Shown in pieces: positions 36,901 to 48,900 of a stretch of 64,000 bases of DNA. Each line of letters starts with the position of its first letter. Positions within the stretch are counted from its first letter, which is position 1. Position numbers and translations under genes: made by a program. The notes under the pieces were generated by a model that saw nothing but the letters and a program-made list of their open reading frames with translations, was not told the origin of the DNA and ran no database searches. Source of the DNA: an uncultured Planctomycetaceae bacterium (GTDB lineage Bacteria > Planctomycetota > Planctomycetia > Planctomycetales > Planctomycetaceae); the NCBI GenBank assembly GCA_963976765.1, contig CAXBME010000008.1, forward strand, positions 62,001 through 126,000, written 5' to 3'.

Positions 36901-39900
36901 CCGGTGCCGATGACGATCTGCTTCAGGTGACAACGGATCGATCTCTTTTGGATCTCACGTCGACGGGGGTTTCGCTGGGTACGACTGTTTCTGCGGACCT
37001 CGGTACTGTCAGCTTTGTGAATGGCAGTCTGAGCGGTGAACGAGCCAGCCTGACGGGTGGAGCTGGCAACGGTGACACGACGTTCAATCTGAGTGGCTGG
37101 CAGAACGGTACCAACGCGACGGCAACTGTTTCCGGCAATGGAGGAGATGACACACTTGTTGGACCAACAGCCGCGAACGTTACCTGGAACATTACGAGCA
37201 ACAACGCGGGCACGGTTGACACGTTTACGTTTGCAGGGATCAATAATCTGCAAGGGGCAGACGGGACAAACGATGCGTTCGTCTTCTCGGACGGTGTGGC
37301 GATTTCCGGCTCGATTATCGGCGGGACGGGCATCGACAGTCTGGACTTCAGCAGTGTCACGACGGCTCGGAATGTTGCTCTGACATCTGCCAGTGGTGAC
37401 GGTACTGAATCATCTGTTGGTGGCGGATTCAGCTCGATCGAGCGATTCGTTGGCGGTTCGGCAGTTGACACTTTTGCCGGTGCCAATACGGCCGCAGCAT
37501 GGGTGCTTAACTCGGCTGGCAGCACCTATCAGACACTTCAGTTTACGAGTTTTGAAACTCTGATCGGTGGATTGAGCGTCGACACGTTTGCCGTCACCAA
37601 CGACGTTACTGCCAGTATTCAGTCAGGTGCCGGTGCAGACAGCGTGACGTTGAACCCTGGAGCGACTCTGACGGGGTCGGTCAATACGGCTGATGGCAAC
37701 GACACGGTGACAGTGAATGTTGGCGGGCAGATCACTGGTGGGGTTTCAACAGGAAATGACAACGACTCTTTGATTCTGAGAGACGGTGCCAGCATTGGTG
37801 GCGTTTTCGCCGGTGGAGCCGGTTCGGACACGCTGAGTTTCTCTGGCTATCAATCGGCTCGAAACGTGACACTGACGGCAGCCAATGCGGGCGGTGGATT
37901 CGACGGAACTGAAGCCGCAGTTGTCGGCGGGTTCACGAGTGTGAACGTTCTGACTGGCGGCGGTACTGCCGCGACGGACGTTCTTCAGGGACTCGCCACC
38001 AGTGCAGCTACCTGGACCATCGACACGACCAGCACTTACCAGGATTCGGCCAGCAGTAACACGCTGAACTTCTCGCAGTTCGACGACCTTCGAGGTAGCT
38101 CGGCAGCGGATACATTCCAGCTTGGAGCAGCACCGCCGCAGGTTTCGATTACGGGTGGAGCAGGGGCCGACCAACTCATCGCCAGTTCGGCGGGTAGCGA
38201 TTTCACGATTTCTCTGATTGATCGAGGTTCTGTTGGTACCGGTGGGGTCGTCAGCACGTTCAGCGGAATCGGAACGTTGATCGGTAACGCTGGAAACGAC
38301 TCGTTTACATTCCTCAATTCTGGGTCTCTCAGCGGCCTGATTAATGGAGCAGGCGGCAACGACACAATTACTGGCGACAATGACGGAAACACCTTCAACG
38401 TCACCGCTTCGAATGCTGGTACGCTGACAGGAAAAATTGCCGGTGGATTCCAGAATGTCGAGAATCTGAACGGCGGTGATCTGGATGATGTCTTCGATAT
38501 TGATGCTGGCCTGACAGGCAACATCAACGCTGGCGGCGGTTCCGATTCAATTGACGTTGCTAACAATGTTTCGATCGATGGCAGCATCACGACAGGCTCG
38601 CAGTCCGACGTTGTGACGTTCGGAGACCTTGTGACAGTTCTTGGTTTGACTGACACCGGAGCCGGGAACGACGTCGTCAATATCAACGGCCGGCTGACGG
38701 GGAACGTTGCTACCGGAAGTGAGAACGATCAGATCAATCTCGCCGCCACAGGAGTGGTTACGGGGACGCTTTCCGGTGGAAGTGGTGCCGATACTCTCAG
38801 TGGCGGAAACGTTGCGACTACCTACATCGTGAATGCGGTAGACGGTGGCTCCGTTGCAGGGCGAGTTACATCCTTCGACGGCATTGAGAATCTGGTTGGC
38901 GGAACTCAGGCTGATAACTTCCAGTTCCAGAATGGCGGAACGTTGACCAACGGGTCGATCGATGGTGGTGCCGGGGCCGGTGACCGGTTGCAGGGTGACC
39001 TGACCGCAAACGACTTTGTCATCAGTGGAACCAACTCAGGCACTTATGACGACGTGAGTCCGACCAGCGGTCTGGTCTCATTCACCGGGATCGAGTCACT
39101 CGATGGACGCAGTGGAGCTGACCGGTTCACCTTTACCACGGCGGGAGTTCTTGACGGCCAGCTTCAGGGCGGTGCAGGTCTCGATGAGCTGATCGGATCA
39201 GCGAACGGCGACTTCTTCCACGTGACCGCTCCGAATGCCGGAATTCTGTATGACGGTCCGGGAACGACGGATGCCCGAACGATTGGTGGCTTTGTCAGTA
39301 TCGAAAGCCTGACAGGCGGCATTGGGAATGACACATTCGACGTCGATGCAAATCTGACTGGCAATCTGCTGGGCGGGGGAGGAGACGACACCTTCCTGGT
39401 CGATGGAAATGTCGGTGGCAATCTGGACGGTGGAGCCGGTAGCAACTCACTCACCCTCGGGGCTGGAGCATCCATTGCTGGTAACGTTTCCAACGTGACC
39501 GTGACGCTGGATATCAATGCTCCGGCTGCCGATGCTGTTCCGGACGAAATTGAGCTTCGGCTGAACAGCTCAACGGGCGCATTGGAAGCGATCATTAATG
39601 GCACTCTCAGTTCGTTCTTTGTGCCGAACGGCCTTGACCTGACCATCAACGTGACGCCGTCGACAGACGATCTGTTCCTGACGATTAATAATGAAAACGG
39701 TGGTCTGATCAACGGGACCATCAACTACGACGGCGGCACGGGCGATGATGATTTGCGAGTCATCGGTAGCGGCTCGCCATCTGAAATTGCTCAATACAAC
39801 GCGAATCTGGCTGTGAATGCTGCGGGTTCGATCCTGATTACCGATGCGACTTTTGGTCGGTCGCAGACCGTGACATTTGACGATGCTGGCCCGGTCGATA

Positions 39901-42900
39901 TCTGGAATCTGACGGCACTGACCTTCGTCACGCCAGAGTCGAACGATGTTGTGACGCTCTCTGCGGGGACGGACGCGCATCAGGGAGTCCAATCCGCACT
40001 TGTGATCTCCGGCAGCAGCGGTGGGACGATGTTCCAGCCAGTTCACCTGCGGGACATCACGAGTCTTGAACTCGATCTGGCGGCCAATGATGGTGTCAAT
40101 GCTGACGACCAGGTGACAGTCAATGATGGTTCGCTGGTCGCCAACCAGGCACTGGCAGAACTGACAATCAGCACCGGCGAAGGTGTCGATACCTTTGACA
40201 TTCAGGAAGACGACTACACACTGCCTGGCCAGCCTCCTGTGCCGCCTGTTTCGACATTGCCGATTATTACCATCGACGACGTCTCTGTGGCAGAGGGTGA
40301 TGGCGGTCTGTTTGACTCAGCTCAAAGCACGTTTGTGTTTGGTGGATTTGGCTTCAGTAGCACCCAGGAGTTCGTAACAGGGAATTTCAACCCAGTCACG
40401 GACCAATTTACAGACATGGTTGCGGTCGCGAATTTTGGGACCGTTGCTCCAAGCGTACTACTCAGTAATGGACCAGCGAGAACATTCACTGCTGGGCCCG
40501 CAATACCGTTTTCTCCGCCGCAGAATGGGTTCTTTGAAGTCGCGGTAGGGGATATCGATGGTGATGGCGACGATGACATCATCGTGCTTGATACTGGTGC
40601 TGACCAGATTACTGTGTTGACGAATACGGATGGTCAGGCCAACTTCGCGGTAGTAGGCACGATCAGTGGTGGTGCCGGAGTGAGCGACATTCAATTGGCA
40701 GATGTTGATGGCGTGAACGGATTGGACATCGTCGTCAGTAATAGCCTTACGGGCGCCATTCAGGTCTATAGAAATGTGGGCGGTGGAGGCTTCAATGGTA
40801 CGCCAGTTACGACTGCCGGGCTTGTTAATGCAAACAATACCGAATTCAAGTTTGCTGATTTGAATGGAGACTTCGCTCCAGATTTGATTTTTCTTGATGG
40901 TGGAAGTGGGAACAGTATTCTGACCGTAATGCTGAACCGCGGTGACGGTTCAGGTAGCTTTGACCCGTTTCGTCAGATCAGCGTCGGCACCTTCGTGCAG
41001 GATGTCGAGGTAGCAGATGTTGATAACGATGGTGACCAGGACATTCTCGTTATCGATAGCGGTGCCGCGAATGATCCAGTTGTGATAATCGAGAACGATC
41101 TCGCCGGTACGGCAATGGATCTTGTTCTACGAGGGCCTGTTGACACAAACGGCCTGTTTTCCAACACATTGGCTGTCGGCGATCTTAATGGAGATGGGAA
41201 TGTCGACATTGTCACGGGCGATTTCGCGACTTCGGCGGAGGTTCGTGTTCTATTGGGGAATGGTGATCTTACGTTCCAGAACGTTCTGGTGTTCGGGACA
41301 GCAGGAAATCTTGACGGTGATCTTCTGCAGATCGCTGACTTCGATGGTGACTCGCGACTTGATCTCGCTGTCGTGGATGCGAATGGAAGTGGTACTGTCT
41401 TCTTCAACTCCGGTGTACCGGATGCCGTTGTAACTCTCACACTGTCTGCGCCGGATCTGACGAACCCGGTCACGGTCGACGTGGCGTTGACGGATGGCCT
41501 GGCCGCGGGTGGAGTCGATTACGAAAACGTTCTGACGACTCCCGTCGTGTTTGCTCCAGGGCAGACGACGGTCCAGATTTCGATTCCGATGATTGGCGAC
41601 ACACTGGTCGAAGGTAATGAGAACTTCTTCGTCAATCTCTCCAACGCGGTGAATGCGGTTATCGGTGATGCCCAGGGGCAAGTCACGATTCTTGAAGATG
41701 ATGGTGGCCTTGCTGGCCCGACCGTCGAGATTGACGATGTGACGTTCAACGGTGAGGGAGACGCTGGAACCGCCACCGCCACTGTCACGGTTCGGCTGGT
41801 TGGTGGACCGGCTGCGACGGACATTACTGTTGACTACAGCTTCCAGGATCAGACGGCTCGAGCAGGATTCGACTATGTGGCTGCACCGGGCAGTGTGCAG
41901 ATTCCAGCGGGTGCGACATCGGCCACGTTTACTGTTGATATCATTGGCGACCTGATTAACGAACAGAACGAGACGTTCCTGATTAACATCGCTCAGTCGA
42001 CTCCAGGCGAATTTGGCGTCATTTCAAGAAGTCAGGCGACGGTCACCATTTCGGCGAATGACAGCGCTATTCCAATTCTTGGTGGTGGCCTGACGTTTGA
42101 CGGCGGAGCGGGGCAGGATGTGCTTCGAGTTACCAGCGATGCGGGGCTGATTGAACTCGATGCAACTCCCGGTGCATCTGAAGTCCGACTCGGGACGGTT
42201 GGCTCATCCGGTGCTCAGGGAACCTTGAACCTCGAAAATCTTGCCGGTGAAGTGCTGTTTGTGACCGGTGGAGCGAGTAACAACACGATCGATCTGAGCC
42301 TCTGGACGAGCAACGCCACCGGGACGATCGATGGTCTTGGTGGTGTTGACACGCTGGTTGGTCCAACAGCGACACAGGTCACCTGGGATATTGCCGGGGC
42401 CGCCGCAGGAACCGTCGAGAACTTCGGCTACTCAAACGTCGAGAACCTGCAAGGGACGGCTGGCTCGAACGATCGATTCATCTTTGATCCAGCGGTCACC
42501 GTAGCGGGATCGATCAGTGGCGGTCTGGGTGGAAACGATCAGATCAACTACAGCTCATTTGGTGCCCCGGTCAATGTGATTCTCACGGGTGCAAACGGCA
42601 CCGGCACAGAAGCTGGGTCGATCGCCAATGGGTTCACCGGGATTGAAAACTTCATCGGGACTGGCGGAGGCGACTCGTTTACTGGTCGTAACGTTGCCTC
42701 GACATGGACGATCAGTGCCTCGACCAGTACGTACTCTGCGGGTGGAGCCGTCACGTTCCGCGACTTTGCGTCCGTCAACGGTGGGTCCGCTGCGGATGAC
42801 TTCAGTATTCAGACTGACGTGACTCTTAATGTTTCAACGGGCGACGGTACAAACACTGTCACGGTGGCTAACGATCGAACGCTGACGGGTGACATTACTG

Positions 42901-45900
42901 GTGGTGCGGATTCCGACACGGTGACGTTGAATTCTGGTGCTTCCGTAGCCGGCTCGATCTCGACAGCTGCCGGCAACGACAGGTTGCAGCTTGGCAATGG
43001 TGCTGACATTACTGGTAGTTTTGCCGCCGGTGCCGGAATCGACGCTTTGAGCTTTTCCGGTTACACAACCGCTCGTGATGTTGCGATAACGGCTGTTAAC
43101 GCGACTGACGGATTCGACGGAACTGAAGTTTCTATTGGCGGTGGGTTTACGTCGGTGAACAGCCTTACGGGAAGTGCCAGCGGCAGCGATGCACTGCAGG
43201 GGCTGGCGACGACCGCTGCCGTCTGGACCATCGCTTCGAATGGTAGCTACAACGCTGGCGGTGAAGTTCTGGCGATCAGCTCGTTCGAGGACTTGACTGG
43301 CAGCAGTGCCGACGACCGTTTCCAGTTTGGAAGCTTCGGTATTGGAGCGGTTCCTCAAGTTACCGTTTCAGCCGGTGCGGGTAATGACCAGCTTGTTGCA
43401 AACGTTAGTGGCTCAGACTTCCTCGTTACCGCAGCCGATGCTGGAACCGTGACCGTACGCAACTCAGCGGCGATTCCGGCGACAGCGGTCAGCCAGTTCT
43501 TCAGTGTCGAATCACTGGTGGGGAACTCGGGCAACGATCGATTTGAATTCCTGAATTCGGGGTCGTTGACAGGTTCGATCGACGGAAACGTCGGCAACGA
43601 CACACTGGTTGGCGACTCCGACGGGAATATCTTCACCGTCACGTCAGAAGACGCCGGAACGCTGGCAGGAAAAGTTGCCGGTGGTTTTGTTGAAATTGAG
43701 AATCTGGCGGGCGGGCTGGCCTCTGACACGTTCAACGTCAATGCCGACCTGAATGGTGGCATCAGTGGATTTGCCGGCGAGGACGTTGTTGTGGTTGCGG
43801 ACGGCGTCACGATCGCGGGGGCAATTGATACAGGGTCGGCAGCCGACCAGTTGACCTTCGGAAATAATACTGTCATTGGCGGAGCGGTCACCGGAGGTGC
43901 TGGTGCTGATACTCTGACGATTCAGGGAGCAATTACAGCGACTATCGGCGGTGGAACTGGCAACGATCTTTTCGTTCTTGGAACAGCTGCAAGTGTTACA
44001 GGAACTCTCGACGGTGGGGCTGGTGTTGACGAAATCCTGGCGTCCAGTAACGCGACGACTTTTGTCATCAACGCTGTTGATTCCGGTGCTGTGACGGGGC
44101 AGGTTGACGCCTTTATCAATGTCGAGAATCTGACTGGCGGTGCCGGTAACGACGTCTTCCAGTTCGAAACGGGCGGTCGCCTGACGGCTGGAGTCGTCAA
44201 TGGTGGTGCCGGTACTGACACGCTGGACGGTGACCTGAACTCCAATAACTTTGTTATCTCCGGTACCGATTCGGGAACCTATGACTCCGACCAGGCAACG
44301 GGTGGTGAGGTTGTTTTCCTCAATGTCGAATCCCTCGACGGACGTAGCGGAAACGATCGGTTCCGATTCACAAGCCTTGGAGTTCTGACTGACGTGCTTC
44401 TGGGTGGTGCCGGTCTGGATGAACTGGTTGCGTCGAACAACGGGGACGTGTTCCACGTTACTGCGACGAATGCTGGTACGCTTTACGATGGACCAGGTCT
44501 TACGAATCCACGAACCGTCAATGGGTTCCTGAGCGTCGAAAATCTGACTGGCGGCGATGGCGAAGACACATTCGATATTGATGCCGACGTCTTTGGCAAT
44601 CTGATCGGCGGCGGCGGAAACGACACGTTTACAGTCGATGGGAATGTTGGGGGAGATTTGGACGGCGGAGCCGGCACTAACACGCTGACTCTTGGGGCCG
44701 GTGCATCGATCGCCGGAAACGTTTCGAATGTCAACGTCACTCAGACTGTAAACGCTCCGGAAGATGGCTCACCGGACGTCATTGAACTTCGTCTGAACGG
44801 CAGTACCGGAGCTTTGGAAGCCGTCGTTAACGGAGTTGTCAGCTCGTTCTTCGTTCCGACGAATCTTGACTTGACGATTCAGGTGCCTGCTACGACTGAC
44901 GACGTATTCCTGACAATTAACAACGCCAACGGTGGCCTGATCGATGCGGATATCGTGTTCTCAGGTGGGGCGGGTGATGACGATCTGAGTGTTATCGGCA
45001 GCGGCTCTCCTGCCGAGAATGCTGTTTACACCCCAAGCAGTTCTCTGAATGCAGCTGGGTTGGTCGAGATTGAGAACTTCTCGACCGGTATCACACAAAC
45101 GATCACATTTGAAGATGCTGGTCCGGTTGATTTTGCCAATGTGGCACGGCTGACGTTCGTGACACCGGCTTCAAATGACGTGGTCGATCTTTCCGCCGGG
45201 CTGGATGCTCACTTCAACACTCAGAACGCATTGGTCATTTCCGGGCTCAGCGGTGGGACCGCTTTCGCAGCGGCTCACATCCGCAGCACGATCAGCGTGG
45301 CAGTTGACCTGGCGACCAATGATGGGGTTTCGCCAAATGATGTCGTGAACATTAACGATGGCGCGCTGCAGGCCAACTCTGATCTGGCTGAACTGAGCGT
45401 CAGCACGGGGAACGGAACGGACACCTTTAACGTGTCTGAAGATGATTACCTTCTGCCGGGCGCTGCTGCAGCGACCGTGTCGACCTCGACTCTTCCAGAG
45501 TTGACAATCACAGATGTCACCACACGTGAAGGTGATCCGATCACCTTTGAAACCGGGACGAACATCACTGGTGTCGGCGGATTCTTTCCTCAGGATATGG
45601 TTGAATTCGACTTCGATGGCGACAATGACATTGACCTGGCAACCATCGATCTGGCCAACGGATTCGTGACGATTCTTGTTAATACTGGGAATGGCAACTT
45701 TGTCGCATCGACCTCGGGCGGGATCAGTACGACCAGACCGACAAACCTTGCAGCGGGCGATTTCGACAACGACGGACGCGATGATCTGGCGATTTTCGAT
45801 GACGTCTTCGACACGGTTGAGATCCTGAGAAGTTTCGCTTTCACTCGGGATAATCCGTTCTTCATCCAGACCAGTTTCCAGACGATCACCTACCCCACGA

Positions 45901-48900
45901 CCGGATTCGCTCCTGCGTTCTCGGGAGTGCAGGCCGTCGACATTGATAACGACAACGATATTGATCTTGTGTTGTCGAACGACGCTGGATCCGGGTTTGG
46001 CGGTGGTCACATCACTGTGATTCGAAACAGTCTTGAGCTCGGGATTGGATTTGGGGGGGCGGTCTTCCAGACCAACGGTGAAGCCTTCAGTACTCTCTCG
46101 ACCAGAGCCCAGGACCTGGTGCTAGATGATTTTGATGGGGATGGCTCTCCGGATGTTGTTGTGATTTCCGATGTGAACCGGACCGGCTTCACATTCATGG
46201 CGAATTCTGGAGTCGGGACTTTCGGGTCCAGCTTGTTCACGCCTTCGGTAGCTGGCTTGAATGCTGTGACATCTGGTGACGTCAATGGTGATGGTCGGCC
46301 AGATGTGATTCTGCTGAGCGACAGTTCAATCCTTGTTTTCGAAAATCTTGGGGGAACCGTTCCAGCGTTCGCGGCCGGGGCTGTGATTGCAACGGGTGGT
46401 TTTGCCGGCGTGGATGTCGTGACCGGAGACTTCAATGACGACGGAAACCTCGATATTGCAGCCACTGACTCGAATAACAGCGAAGACGTCATTGTGTCGT
46501 TCGGAAATGGCGCTGGCGCATTCGGATCAGCTCAGTTGTTTGCGACAGGGCTGGTCACCAGTTTCCAGGGAGCGGCTCTGGTCACTGCTGACTTCAATAA
46601 CGATGGGCTGGTTGATCTCGCTCAATACAGCGACTCTACCGGAAATGGGGCTGTGAGTATTTTGACAAATACTTCTGCGGCTACGGCACTGCTTACCGTT
46701 TCGCTGTCGTCTGTTGCGACTCAACCCGTGTCGTTCAACTACTCGCTGTCAGATGGACTTGCGACGGGGTTAAACGACTTTAATAGCAGTGTCTCCAATC
46801 CAGTGACGATTCCAGTCGGGCAGTCGTCCGTCACCATCGCCATACCAATCTCAGGTGACCTGAATGTGGAGTCGGACGAGAACTTCTTTGTGAATCTATC
46901 GAGTCCGGTGAATGCCGTGATCGCCGATGGTCAAGGGCAGGTCACCATTCAGGACGACGATGGTTTTGCTGGTGCCGGGCCTCGAATCAATATCGGGGCA
47001 GCGTTCACATTCACAGAAGGAGACTCGGGAGTCACGACAGTGTCTGTGCCTCTGACGCTGAGCGCCGCTCAGGCTACAGATGTGACGGTGGATTTTGTGA
47101 CTCGTGCTGTCACGGCTCAAGCCGGTGTTGACTACATTGATACGGCAGGAACCGTGACGTTTACTGCGGGGAGCACCACCGCCAACATCCTGATTGACAT
47201 CGTCGGTGACCTGGTGAACGAAGGTGCTGAAACGTTCCTGATCAACCTGCTCAATTCAACGGATGTGGTTCTCGCAAACACTCAGTCGTTGGTCACGATT
47301 GACGTCAGTGATTCTAACGTCCCGGTCTTTAATAACGGTTTGCGCCTCGACGGCGGTATCGGCACCGACCGAATCATTGTGACAGCTGATGTTGGGCTGA
47401 TTGAGCTTGATGCGACGACAGGTGCAGAGCAGATCAGACTGGGGACTGTTGGCGTTCCAGGTTCACTTGGTCGTGCTAACCTGCTCAATCTTGCCGGAGA
47501 GGACGTGACTGTCCTTGGGGGAGCGGCTGACAACATTATTGATCTGAGTCTGTGGAGTAACGGTGCCCGAGCGACTGTGGACGGTCGTGGTGGCGACGAC
47601 ACATTTGTCGGATTGGATGTCAGCAGCGATTGGACAATCACCGGAACAAATGCGGGGCAGGTCGGCGACTTCACATTCCTTGACGTCGAAAATCTGGTCG
47701 GCGGTGCTGCCGACGATGACTTCATCTTTAATGGCGGATTTGTCACCGGGTCCGTCAATGGAGGCGCGGGAGGGATTAACACGCTGACGGTGGGTAATAC
47801 CGAAAACGCCTGGACATTCGAGCGGATTGCCGGCGGTAGCGTTCGGTTGGGCCCGATTGTGACCGATCCATTGCTGAACTTTGACAATTTGCAACTGGTC
47901 AATGGCGGCACAAACGTCGATACGTTCACCTTTGCCGGTGGCTCAATTGCCAGCCTCGCAGGTGGAACGGGTGAAGATGTGGTAACCGGCGACAACCTCG
48001 CGAATACATGGCGTGTTCGAGACGTCAACGGTGACTCACTGACGGTTGATGAAGGTACCTTGACGTCTGCGTTGGGAATTACAGTGTTCTCCGGCATCGA
48101 GAATCTGGTCGGGGGTAATTTGGTTGACACATTTGTGTACGACCGCGACTCACGAATTTCCAGAACGATTGACGGGGGTGCCGGTGCGGCGAACATTCTG
48201 GACTTGAGTGGTTACGTCACCTCTCTCACGACGACTTTGACCAGCATTGGAAGCACCACCGGTTTTGCGGGTACTACACAGGGAATGTTCAAGCCGGTTG
48301 GTGACACGTTCGACAATATAACAGCCATCAACTTCAGTACGCAGAACGCAACGATTGGTGACAACCTGATCGGTTTGAACTCGACGGCTCAGTGGAACTT
48401 TGGGGCATCCACTTACACGACTGCCGGGCGAACTCTGAACTTCACTCTGGGAGCTACTGATGATGTGACCGGCGGAAGTTCGACTGATACTTTCAGTTTT
48501 GTGGGTGCAGCAGCCTCAGCAATCCGAAATGTCAACGGAGCCGGCGGTGCGGATACGATTACTGGTAATAATGTTGCGACGAGCTGGGCAATCAGTGGAA
48601 GTAATTCAGGTAGCTTCCAGCCGGGAATTTCTGCGATCGGCGGTTTCAGTAACATTGAGAATGTTGTCGGTGGCAGCGCAGTCGATACATTCACCTTTAC
48701 AAACAGCGGGCGACTCGATGGCACCATTGATGGTGGAGCCGGGATGGACTTTATCGTCGGTGATGCCGACGGTGTTCAGATTACTGTTACGGCTGGGCTG
48801 AATGATTCCGGTGTGATCCTCGAACAGGATGGCGCGACGGTTAAAGTGGTCAATGGGTTCTCAAGTGTCGAGAATCTTACAGGTGCCGGAGCGAGCGACG

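Noticed and set aside
7146..47315. Nested inserts as inteins or mobile elements
   Set aside because: I saw no Cys/Ser...His-Asn splice motifs, Hint or homing-endonuclease domains, transposase or terminal inverted repeats. They look like ordinary in-frame domain insertions.
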